Below are positions 49,635 through 61,025 of a DNA stretch of 64,000 nt, piece by piece. The DNA comes from Perna viridis (taxonomy: Eukaryota), in NCBI GenBank assembly GCA_037379345.1, contig CM074512.1:15438001-15502000 (forward strand). Reading direction: 5' to 3'. The translations under genes were made by a program, and so were the position numbers. The number at the start of each line of letters is the position of its first letter. The stretch's first letter is position 1. The notes under the pieces were generated by a model, which saw nothing but the letters and a program-made list of their open reading frames with translations, searched no databases and had not been told where the DNA came from.

Positions 49635-51762
49635 TTCAGAATCAAAAACCAACCTAAATCAGCATCTTCAACATCTATACTACTATTATAATCATCTGTA
49701 CCACTATTTCACTCATCTGTATCACTATTACACTCATCTGAACCACTATTACACTCATCTGAACCACTTTTACACTCATCTGAACCACTATCACTTTTAC
49801 AATCATCAGAATCAAAAACCTATCTAAATCAGCATCTTCAACATCTATAGGCTAAAAACCACTAATTCCACTTCCCATAGGCTTCTATGCTAATTTCACA
49901 ATATTCAATGGCTTCTCTGGACTTTACCTTAACTTTAACCTGCAGAGGACTATATATCAGCATGATTCTACATATGTCAGCTCACAATCCTCAGAATGGC
50001 ATGTGGGGTTAGCAGACTTGCAGTGCAGTACTGGTCACCGGAAGTGAAGGGTCTATAAATAGCATGGGAAATCCCAGTGTTTTCACAAGATAGCGGTATA
50101 TTTAAAAATCATTATGGAGATTAGGCTTCACATCACAAGAAGCAAAATGCACCTATAAAATGTACAGAAATGTTTTTCCTTTCAGAAACTGTTTAAATTT
50201 TTTAAATAAGATGAGAACTTTTTTCACGGCACTATGAGGAACAGGGGGTAATTTCTGTGTAGGACTATTTTTGCGTACGTTCCAAATGCTCATTGGTTGA
50301 ATTGGTGGTCTGTAACCTAAAGAGTCACTTTTTGTCTTAGAAAAAATAAATAACTATACAGGTATCTTCCTACACACATACTGAATGCATTTGCAAAGTT
50401 TCAGTGAAATGTGACAAGCACTTTTTTAAATATTTGATTTTTAAATATAGGGTAACCAAGTTGCGCGAGCAAAAAAGTGACAATATTCTACCATACTTAA
50501 ATGCATTAAATATTTGCAAAGAACTTTTTCTGACTTTTCAAATAAAAAAAATCAATCACAACTTGATTTTTAACAATATTAATAAAGAGATAGATTTAAA
50601 AGTAATCTTTTTCTGAGAAATTGGTCTATTTTTAAAAATTTATTTCTGGCATGCCTCCCCCTTTTTCTTGATCACATGTCAAAAATCCTAAATCTTTAAA
50701 TTTTCACAAAGGTGATATATTTGGCTTTAAATTTGTAAATACAGTGTTTTCACATTAAAACATGACCAGTAAAGGGCACCTAAAGCAAAAAAAGTACTCA
50801 ATAATGGATTTTCCATGTTGCCATAGGGGAATGCTTATATGGCCTTAACCGCAGTAATGAAAGTGAGTTTTTCCTCATTTCTAACCTAATTTTTGCTCAA
50901 ATCTACACAAAACTTGATTTCAAGTGCTTATTACCACCATATTTAGGTAAATATAGCCCTCAAAGTTTAATATTTGATATTTTTACTAAATTTTCTACAC
51001 TTTTTACAAGATAGGACATAAAAATCAGCCAAAAAGACCAATTTTCCATAATTTGGACCTATAACTTAAAAAAATACATATTTTGAAGGATTTTTGTAGT
51101 GTTTTCCTCTCATGGCAAAGTTAACAAGATCTTCCAGTAGTTTAAAGCTATTTCAAGAAACTTTTCATTTTGCCATGGCTTCAGCTTAAGGCTAAAAACC
51201 ACTAATTCCACTTCCCATAGGCTTCTATGCTAATTTCACAATATTCAATGGCTTCTCTGGACTTTACCTTAACTTTAACCTGCAGAGGACTATATATCAG
51301 CATGATTCTACATATGTCAGCTCACAATCCTCAGAATGGCATGTGGGGTTAGCAGACTTGCAGTGCAGTACTGGTCACCGGAAGTGAAGGGTCTATAAAT
51401 AGCATGGGAAATCCCAGTGTTTTCACAAGATAGCGGTATATTTAAAAATCATTATGGAGATTAGGCTTCACATCACAAGAAGCAAAATGCACCTATAAAA
51501 TGTACAGAAATGTTTTTCCTTTCAGAAACTGTTTAAATTTTTTAAATAAGATGAGAACTTTTTTCACAGCACTATGAGGAACAGGGGTAATTTCTGCGTA
51601 GGACTATTTTTGCGTACGTTCCAAATGCTCATTGGTTGAATTGGTGGTCTGTAACCTATACTACTATTACAATCATCCGTACCACTATTTCACTCATCTG
51701 TATCACTATTACACTCATCTGAACCACTATCGCTTTTACAATCATCAGAATCAAAAACCTAC
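49635..51762. repeat. Tandem copies of the CLASRP exon 6 / intron junction with 21-bp subrepeats, split by the composite transposon
   Basis: tcagaatcaaaaacc(a/t)a(c/t)ctaaatcagcatcttc(a/t)acatct at ~49636, ~49806 and 51745 (the real junction); subrepeat ccactattacactcatctgaa. Confidence 0.88.
49850..51656. mobile_element. Non-autonomous composite DNA transposon with long terminal direct repeats (KolobokP-like)
   Basis: Direct repeats 49850-50317 and 51190-51656 (468/467 bp, 3 differences), each bounded GG...CC with imperfect 19-bp TIRs; TATA duplicated outside (49846-49849, 51657-51660); TAAA and TTAA at inner junctions; 872-bp internal region without a convincing ORF. Confidence 0.88.
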
Positions 51763-51881
51763 CTAAATCAGCATCTTCTACATCTGTACCACTATCACTA
51801 TCATCACTTTCATCTTCATCTTTTAGTACAGGAGTACTGTCCTCATAAACAAAACCTATGGCAGCTTTTTTTCCTTCCAAC
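51763..51881 (-). CDS. CLASRP: CLASRP coding exon 6
   Basis: LEGKKAAIGFVYEDSTPVLKDEDESDDSDSGTDVEDADL; tatag / gtaggt. Confidence 0.92.
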
Positions 51882-53355
51882 CTATAAAAGCCAAGTTTCA
51901 TTTATCAGTTAGGACCAACAACTGTTTGAGGAAGCAATATAAAGTCACTATGGGGTAAATCTTCAATTATATATCTTGTAGGCAAGGAAAGACAGAATTA
52001 CAATCCACATAACCTGGTAAAGAAACCTTGAGGTTAGATGTTTTCACATCACATTCTTTTTAAAACAGACACCAGAAACACTGAAGAGATCTGATCAGGT
52101 ACATTTTTAAAGCATTTAATAAAGCATGTTTGTCATTTACTTTTAAATAAGCCTAATAGCTGACACAGGCAATTTCCAAACACTGTCCAAAAGTCAATTA
52201 TTAGAGTGAACAATGATTTTGATAGATGATCAATTAATGAAAATCTGAATCCATTAATCACCATCTAGAAAGTACAGCCATTCAACCACCAGAATACCAC
52301 TTATTATGTCTACAAGGTGTAAAGTAACAATATAATAGAATAACAAATGTTTCAAACCATTGGAAAAGGCACCTGAAGAAAATTGGCAAAAGTATGACAA
52401 TCAATACCAATACTATTTATCTCCATTACATATAGGTCAGTATATAAATATCTGCAATATATGTATAAACACTAGGCAAGTGAAAAGGCTACAGTATGGG
52501 TAACATATTATCTTAGGTATGTACTTATTGTAGCAAATACTGTTGAAAAATTGCTAAGTTCAACTGATAAAATTGCATATTAAATATATGTCAAATTGTC
52601 TATAATAAGTGTTCCATATCTTCAATATGTATATGTACACTTTGAATTATATTGGTTGTATAATTTTAGTATTATCAATTTTAAATTTCAAGTTGCATGT
52701 AATCCTCTCTCAACTAAGATAGGCACAGGACTACCGGACCTCTGTTTGTGCCTAACTTGAAATTTAAAAGATGCATTCACAAAATATTTTGTGGACTATC
52801 TTATTAATAAATCAAGTAGTCCTGTAGGCTACCTTGCAAGAAAAGTCAAACCCTGGCTAAGTGAAAAATAACTAGTGTTAAATCCAGAAAAGTTATCTGG
52901 ACAAATCCTACACAGACTAATGGAGCAAGGAAAGACAAATGAAGAATTAAAATGTCCCTCATCTTTAAGTTCATCAGTTCATTATATCAGATTTTTATAA
53001 ATCAAAATAAATATTGGAAATCAATAAGTTATAACACAGCAACAAAAACTGAAGTGCACATATCGCCACATGTCCCCTGCTGCTAGTGACATTTGAAGTT
53101 GCCAACATTTCATATCCCTAAAAAATTGGTGGGATTAAAATGGCAGTACAATATATATGCACATCTACAATACATTATAACAAAAAGCGAAGAAAACACC
53201 TGTGAGGTTTCAGAAAATAAGCATCCACGAGGAGTTGCAGATAGTTGGTCCTGTCCTGGCGTAGTATTAGGGGACAAAATCAATATAGTCTTTGAACTCA
53301 CATGTTTGTATATCGAGTAATATTTCCTTGTCCTCATTATTACAAAACATCTTAC

Positions 53356-53440
53356 TTTTTCTTTTCTTCATCCTTAGTCTTGTCAACATTACCAAACTGT
53401 TCATCAATATAAATCTGGTGTAATGCTTGCTCTTCAGTCA
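53356..53440 (-). CDS. CLASRP: CLASRP coding exon 5
   Basis: TEEQALHQIYIDEQFGNVDKTKDEEKK; aacag / gtaaga. Confidence 0.93.
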
Positions 53441-53667
53441 CTGTTAATGGTAATAGTTAACAGTGTAAATCATTTCAAATAATATTAATAATAAAAATGC
53501 TGGATACCTAAACTTCATAGCATCCAATTCAAGGATGTACTTTCTTAAAATCATTTCTTATCTTTCTACTTAAACATTAAGAAGAATGGCATCACATACC
53601 AATAAATAAAACATGGTTTATTAGATAAAGGTCAGATAAGCCAAGATTTATTTGTTCCTAAACTTAC

Positions 53668-53750
53668 ATCCAGCACATTCATTTTCTACAATAATTCTGT
53701 AGCTCTCATAGTTACACCATCGTTCCTCTTCCTCTTCACGTTTACTCAGT
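53668..53750 (-). CDS. CLASRP: CLASRP coding exon 4
   Basis: LSKREEEEERWCNYESYRIIVENECAG (CNYERY-like motif); aatag / gtaagt; phase consistent. Confidence 0.93.
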
Positions 53751-54609
53751 CTATTAAAAATAAAACATTAACAACAACATGGAGTCAAACCACAGTACAC
53801 AGATTTTTTTATCATATACTTATTATAAATAAAAGTTAAATGTTACCTCTCAATAAAACTTAAAACAAAATTTGTTTCTTAATGAATAGCCCAAGTGGGC
53901 AGATTAAAGTGCACTTCCCATATTTATTGCATGCATCTCCTTCATTGTTCAGAAGCTTTATCACACCCTTTTCCGGAAAATTAAATTTTTTTCACTAACA
54001 TGGACTCATGGAGGCAGCTCTTGTTTATGTTATCAGAGATGTTTGAATGTTATAAAAATATACAAATTATTACACAGTGTTTATCACATCATATGCTTTA
54101 TCAGCTATTGAGCCTGATGGCTCTCAGAGCTTATAACATGACCCTATAAAGCATATAATATGAAAAATGCTACCCAACAGCAGACATGTATCTGTCCAGT
54201 CAGGCATTGGCCATTAATGTCTTTTCGTTATTTGAATTTTTAATTTATTTTGAAGAAGTGTCATCATTCTTTTACCGTTGATTCTATTACTTTTGTTGTT
54301 GGGGTTTTTCAGAAGTACTTAAAGGTATGTTACTCTTATTGAAGACCTTTGGTGATCTCTAAGTATTTTCATTAAGGTTATGCGATGGTGCATTTGTGGT
54401 ATTTCACCATATCTGTACCTTTTTCTAATGTAATAATCTATATATTACATTTAACTTCTCAAAATTTTTTAAAGGGTGCTATCAACCATTGTTTCAAAGG
54501 CTTCAGTACTTGCAGAAGTTTCAGCAACAACTATGGTTGTACATATAAAACTTCTTAATTTGATTTATATACAAATCTCCAGAAAATGCCTGCATGAATA
54601 AGAACTTAC

Positions 54610-54708
54610 GTGGGGGGAGCAACAATCTTTGTCTGTGGCATGTAATCAAGATGAGCCCTGACATCAAATCTGTCAATCATATTATCTGTCTGACCCTGCC
54701 ATGGCATC
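54610..54708 (-). CDS. CLASRP: CLASRP coding exon 3 (SWAP/DRY-EERY-type domain)
   Basis: MPWQGQTDNMIDRFDVRAHLDYMPQTKIVAPP; IDRFDVRAHLD motif; ctacag / gtaagt. Confidence 0.95.
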
Positions 54709-55167
54709 CTGTAGTAAAGATTACATGTAAACAAAATGCTCCTCATTGCACATCTCAATACAACCACAGAGGTTGAACCAAGAACATTTCATACATATAC
54801 TAAATACCAAGCTTGATAAAGCTCTAAATTTTAATTGTTAATGAATATTTGACACAACAAAGGTTTCTGAAACAAAATGAATGTAGGAAATGAACTTAAA
54901 AATACTAAATTGGTAAGATATTCAAAACCTAAAAAAAATTAATTGAAATTAGCAAATCAAAGAACCCCAAGAGTTCAAATTTTGAAGGCATATAATATAG
55001 TTTTTGGACCTTTGGACCATAATATGGACCAAAATCTAAACTGGGTATAATTGAACATCACAGTTAGATTCAGTAAACTAATGAACCCAAGGAATTCAAG
55101 ACTTAAAATTTACCCTCATTGAAACTGGTTATGGAACCTTGTGTTACAATTTTATAGAGTTTTATAC

Positions 55168-55360
55168 ACCGGTGCACCTGGTCCATGCTCCCAGTTTTTA
55201 GTGGAGTCCGAGTTGCTCATTTACTTTTGTTACTTTGTATGTATGATTTTAGTTACTTTATGTTCTTTGTTGTGTGTGTCTGTTTTCCAAGTCTCGTCTT
55301 TGTCCCTGGATTATATTCTTTTGATTACTGCTATAACCTTGGTTCCCTTGATTACTCTTC
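55168..55360 (+). mobile_element. Short interspersed repeat (probably Penelope terminal-repeat derived); second partial copy at ~12273-12408
   Basis: Shared gttactttgtat...gtctttgtccctggatta.attctt.tgatt.c.gcta.aa.cttggttcc.ttgatta.tctt in both places. Confidence 0.7.
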
Positions 55361-55802
55361 CATTCACTTGCACTCAATCTATTGTCTGAAAACCACATGA
55401 TTACAGACAGCAATGATGACATCATCAAAAGTGACACTCTATCAAAAGAGCTATATTTGGTACACCTACTAAACTTGAAGACAAAATTAAATCCCACTAA
55501 AAGTAAGGCATCTCACATGCCTCTTATTATATCATACATAACATTAACAATGGAAAACTGTTTCTTCACAAAGACCATGTGAAATATGTATGATATATCC
55601 TATAAATATTTTGCAAAAATTATTGGCTCACATACTGGTTGTACATTTACACATAAAGCTATATATTTCACAACAACAATGGCTGTATGTGTAAAGCATG
55701 ATATTTCACCCCATCCTGCTTGAATTCATGAAGCGTATTAAATTACACCTGTATAGATAAATGTCTACTGTAAGATTTTAACTTTAAAATGGTAATACTG
55801 AC

Positions 55803-55900
55803 ATGCTTTGTGGGCTTTCAGCTGCATAAGCAACTGCAGGGTCTAGGTTAATCTTGCATGGTCTTCCATACACTCTAACAAACTGTGCTGGGTCTAATTT
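55803..55900 (-). CDS. CLASRP: CLASRP coding exon 2
   Basis: KLDPAQFVRVYGRPCKINLDPAVAYAAESPQS(M); AG/GT boundaries, 98 nt, phase 0 to 2. Confidence 0.93.
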
Positions 55901-56537
55901 CTGAAAAACAAATCATTTGAAACAGCTAAAAGAAACTCAAAGGACCAATAAACAGGAAACACTTAATCAATATAATACAATCAATTAAATTGGAGCTTCA
56001 AATAATGTAGAGCATTTACATAAATTTTCAATTCAAAATTCATATCAATCCTGTGATGGGTTGCTGAGAAAACTGGAATGTGACATGTGACCTATCTAAA
56101 AAGCTTACATATGGTTTAACCAATCCAGGTGAAGCTTCAGATCAAATTTCAAATTACACGTACATGTATCCCAATATAGAGTTGCTGATATTATTACAGC
56201 CAAAAAATAAGAAAATCTTAAAAAAAAAAACAGGAAATTGTGGTTCACTTATCTATGATATAACCCATCAAGATGAAGCTGCAAACCAAATTTCAATTAA
56301 TTTGCATGAAGGACTGATGATGGTTTGCTGAGATTATTACAACATAATTCACTGGAAATACATATTTAAGAACAGCAGTAAAACTTTATGGCTTTAAATC
56401 TTAAACCAAAGACACAGAAATCAAAAATATGGTAACACACAGAGAATAATACATTAAAATACAATTATTTAACACTGCTGAAAATTTAATTTTGTGACAT
56501 TTTATAAGACATTTCTTTAAGATATTAATGTACATAC

Positions 56538-56636
56538 AATTTTTTCATAGAATTCCCTTCTTCTTTCAGCTCGCTTTTTGTAATCAACCATCAATCCTCT
56601 TATTTTCTTTTCTTGCTTTCTTGCTTCTTGCCACAT
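56538..56636 (-). CDS. CLASRP: CLASRP coding exon 1 (exon begins at 56650 after an acceptor, so a non-coding upstream exon must exist)
   Basis: MWQEARKQEKKIRGLMVDYKKRAERRREFYEKI matches the conserved CLASRP N-terminus; acceptor ttttgacag, donor gtatgt. Confidence 0.95.
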
Positions 56637-56984
56637 GGTTATACCTTTTTCTGTCAAAAAATAAAAAAAAAGATATCTGTCAACCAATATCATATAGTGA
56701 CATCACTGCACCCCAACTTGAGTTTATGCATTATAGCCACATGGTCAAAATACAAACTGAAAATAGTGGTCATATTAACCTGGAATCAACTCCATATGAT
56801 ATGCTATACCTATATAAAACTTATCAAAATATGAAGTGGCCATGACAAGTAGGCTAGAAAATATCAACTTACATGTGTAGTTAGTATACAGAGTAGGTCT
56901 GAATTTGGTAAGTGTGGTACATTCAACTATTTTCCACTATTTGGGGGAAGGGACCTGGGCCCCATGCAATAGAGCAGTTATGAC

Positions 56985-58040
56985 AAGCTCTGGCATAACA
57001 TATGAGTTGTGACATGAACACTCCATACACAGGTACTCAAGGAATGTTACCACAGATGAAAGGAAAGTTGACAATATTGAATGAAAAGTCATCGCATTTG
57101 TTGTAAAATTTCATCAACAGTTTTCCTTAAGTGTAGGTCAAGATATAAGGCAGACTTCACAGTGTCTGTAACATCTTTAATATCATAATCTTTGGGAATG
57201 ATGTGATGTATAATATCCCTGAAAATAGGATTGTTTAACCATAATACTGTAAACGTAGTAATTTTCACGGTTTCTGAAAAGTCAATATGTTCGCGGGTAT
57301 TAATTTTCGCTGTTTTTTTAGGTTGCAAAAATAAGTTTCTCATTAGTGTAGGCAGTGTTTGATTCCTTTTTTGATCAGTTATTTTACCGTTAATATTTCC
57401 AAAACAATATAATGATGGCCATTATTATGACATAAACAAATGGACAAGTTTCCTATGGCCATTTAAATCTGACAGTGAATTCTTACGTAAATCTATAAAG
57501 AACTCACTTAATTGCCCAAGCCGTAGCTAATTGTATGGATAAACTTTTAACACTTTAATTGCATGTTTACTGATTAACTTTTTATTAACAGTTCTCAGCG
57601 TGTGTATTTAACGGTAATCTTTTATTGATGATTACCTGTAGTGTGTGTTTGACACTTACATTCTGTTCTTTTTGTGAATAGAATGTTTGCACAGTATTGA
57701 TTCTTATTCTTTGATGTGCCAGGTACTCCATGGCCACTGATACAAATCATTATACAAACAAGATCATGAATTAAGAAATTATAACCAACATGCTTTTATC
57801 ATAAACATTTTTTATAAAAAACTTAGTATAAATTTATACTTGATTGCATTGAATGATACAAACCTTACACAATATAAAGTTTCTATCAAAAATTGTGGAA
57901 ACCATAATTATAACCTGGTAATGTGAATATATTTTCGTGTTCTTGAGGCAAATGTGAAAATTAATACGTTTACAGTATATTATCTATATAGTGGAAACAG
58001 AGATTAAAGGATCTAACTAGCAATGTTCCTTCCTTGTGAT
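56985..58040 (-). pseudogene. Penelope-like element RT fragment, interrupted by the MITE at 57247-57975
   Basis: Removing the MITE gives LVRSFNLCFHYIDNILWLNNPIFRDIIHHIIPKDYDIKDVTDTVKSALYLDLHL, then FYNKCDDFSFNIVNFPFICGNIP*VPVYGVFMSQLICYARAC: the Penelope RT YIDD...YLDL...KRDDF.F.IVNFP...YGV..SQL.RY.RAC pattern. Confidence 0.88.
57247..57975. mobile_element. TA-targeting MITE
   Basis: TIR CTGTAAACGTAGTAATTTTCAC vs CTGTAAACGTATTAATTTTCAC (21/22), TA duplication, 729 bp. Confidence 0.9.
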
Positions 58041-58512
58041 TATAAAAGTAAATAAATACTTTGATTTGCATTGTTCCTAAATAAAAGGGTAATTGTTTTT
58101 ATATCTTAGTGTTTTGTTTTTTTGTAAAAGTTTAACAAGGAAATGATGAGTTTGCACAGTAGAGCTCTGACACACACAATAATTTCGACAACATTATTTT
58201 CAAATAGGCTTGGGAAAAGGTTACTCTTTGACCAATAGGTAAATTACAGTAACTGTGTAAAGTAGCTGCAGATCTTTTGAAGGAGAGAGTGCTCAACCAC
58301 ACCTACATTGCCTCCCTTTCTTCCCTTTTCCACAAATGCAAGTCGTTACTCCAATTTCATACAGTAAAGGCAGTCAGACCTTGATAGATGCCATTGCTTT
58401 GTAAACAAAAAATTCATATTGTTCTGTTGTTCCGAAAATATCAATCATTTCAAATGTGAATAATCCATCTCTTTAAAACATTGCTCATTTATCAGCTTTT
58501 ACTGTCTTCAAG

Positions 58513-59120
58513 CAGACCCATCGAAATTTTTTTAAGCACATCTGACATTCGGTCAGACACAAGGTGATGACTTGTCTGACCGAAAAAACTCTAAACAATT
58601 TATCGACACGCTAACATTTTTGATGGGGGGGTGGGAATCTCCAAGTATATTTTAAATAAATAAGTTCGACCCAACAAAATTTCAAATGAAAATTTGTTTT
58701 ATCAGATGTTCAATTATTAATCTTTATCAATTTCGATGTAAAAGAAATATACTTTATTATTTTTTTCATTATTATTTTGACAATATAATGACCGCATGTT
58801 TCACATGTAAACGAGTAGAGGGACAACGGAAGGGACGATATATCAAAGGACGAAATGACGTGTAGCGAATGAACTGGAAGTTACATATTATTGTTTACAA
58901 TCAAATTGATTGACTATCTCGCTAGACTGTAGACTAATTCACGTAATTATTAAAATGTTCTAGTTTTATTATTCACAAAAACCACTTCAGTTTTGAGAAA
59001 ATCTTCTTTAACGTAAGAAAAAAACATCGGACACCCGGGCCGACAAGCAACGTGTATTTACCGGACCTGGGACAATTTTACCGGACAGGTCCGACGGTCC
59101 GGCAGGTTTCGATGGGTCTG
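58513..59120. mobile_element. hAT-like MITE with 6-bp TSD
   Basis: Perfect 14-bp TIR CAGACCCATCGAAA / TTTCGATGGGTCTG; TTCAAG on both sides (58507-58512, 59121-59126); subterminal GTC(C/A/T)GAC and CCGGAC repeats. Confidence 0.9.
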
Positions 59121-60930
59121 TTCAAGTTTTATTTTTATTATCAAGCACTGATGAAGTGATGCTATTATTTAGGAATTTTCAGTGGTCAGAAACAAACTTG
59201 CCTGTTGATGAAGTAACACCCTTTTAGAATCTTTCTTCTCAATTAGACTGATTAAACTAATGTCTGTCTATACTTAATGAAATGTTAGCCATGAAATTAA
59301 AAACTTTATTTATTTGAAAACACATTACGAAAAATTATTGAGTACTGGTCATGTGAGTCTATGTCAAGGTTGGAGTAGTTTTACTTTACTAAGCAATGGT
59401 AGAAATACAGAGTTTGAATGTTCAAGTACAAATCCTTAAATTATTATTAATTATATGTATTTGGTGTCCAAGGGAAATGAGGTCTTCCTACATTAGACTC
59501 ATATTTGATAGTGGGAGCAAGCCCCTGTGATACCACATAATCCAAGATTTTATAATTTTATAATTTGTGTGAAAATAATTTAAGAAGATGAAACACACTT
59601 TTTCATCAAGTGCAATGCACTCAATGAGATAGGACAGATTATTTTTCCAAAAATTGGCAAAGGTTATATACTCAGTGTCTGATACAGACAGCACTAAAAT
59701 AATTGTGAACAATTACTCAAAACTTAGTAAGTTAGTATAAAGATGTCCCCCTCCTATATATTCAATCACTTTTTTTATAACACGTACAAGGTATTTTGTG
59801 AATTATTGATATAGTATGTAATGTATTTTTACATTTAACTGTATCTTATAGTGAGCACAGATCACCACAGCATGAGCTCATAGCTCTACGGCAACATGCA
59901 GGTGCAAGTATGGGAGGTGCAGAATAATGAGGTGAAAAAATCATCGTCCAGAAGTGATATGCTGTGGAGAGAATGTAAAATAACAATACATATGTAAGCG
60001 TCCACAATAATTATTTTAAAAACTAAAACGATTATTTACATGTCTAAAAATCTAACAAAAGAGGATTGGATCTACGTACAATGTTCACATTATGAGAATG
60101 TCTCATTGCAGTTAATGTAATCCCTTCTGCTTTCATCCCAATTCAGTTCCAAAGACAAACAATATTAAATGCCAGAATTATGGTCGAATAGACAAATGCA
60201 CATGCAGTTCAAAACACACATGTATATATTTTAATGATAATTATATTTCAAAGAAATATTAATAGTCAACATTCTCTGCTGACTAAATACTGCTCATGCA
60301 TATGCCTACAACTATTTATCATTTACAGTGAAAACTACATGTAATACTGGTTAAAAAGAAATGTTGTTCTCCCTTACATGTAAAGGAATAGTTCTTCCCA
60401 ATTGATTATTTCGTCTTCTCCTGTGAAACAATTTCAAGCCCAAAATTTATGAAAAAATGTCTAACAGATTTCTGATACTTTGTTCTCTAAAATGCACCAT
60501 CATACAAGGACTTTCATCGAGGAATAAAATGTTGGTTAGCAGATTGGCGAGAATTGCCTCTATCTTGATTATATTATATATGTAAAATTTGAAAAAGTTT
60601 CATATTGTTATGGCACTTTGAGAGGCAAAAACATCAGATTAAAAAAATGCCTCCACAAACATCATGATTATCTGTACTAGCTAAATGTTTCTGCCAGATA
60701 ATGGCCAGAATCAAATTGTTCATTATATTGCCATGATTTACACTTGAAGGAAGATCCTTACAGTCCCTGATTGTCCGAGAAAAAACGGAGTTTTTCTATA
60801 TTGGTTTTTGAGCTGCAGAGATTTGGAAGCATTTGGGAAACATGTTTCGTGATACTGTTAGGTGTCTAGAAACAGATATAATTTTATAACCATGTATAAA
60901 ATTTCATCTGTGGCCTTAATTATGACATTT

Positions 60931-61025
60931 TGACCCTGCAACCCTCCTCTATTTTATTTGGATATTGATATGTCGGGTTGGGACGTATCAATATTCAAAT
61001 CAAAAAGAGGAGAGTTGCAGGGTCA
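60931..61025. repeat. 95-bp inverted repeat (44-bp arms, 7-nt loop)
   Basis: TGACCCTGCAACCCTCCTCTATTTTATTTGGATATTGATATGTC-gggttgg-complement with 5 mismatches. Confidence 0.9.

Noticed and set aside
49588-49827. His/Tyr-rich 79-aa ORF resembling a metal-binding byssal peptide
   Set aside because: It is the antisense translation of the 21-bp exon-derived repeat in a CLASRP intron; no signal peptide or gene structure.
49850-51656. LTR retrotransposon or TRIM interpretation
   Set aside because: Ends are GG...CC, not TG...CA; no primer-binding site or polypurine tract seen; TWWA tetranucleotides at all four junctions favour a Kolobok-type DNA element.
59145-59200. CTGATGA...GAAAC hammerhead-like core
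   Set aside because: No stem II or flanking stems can be formed between the motifs.
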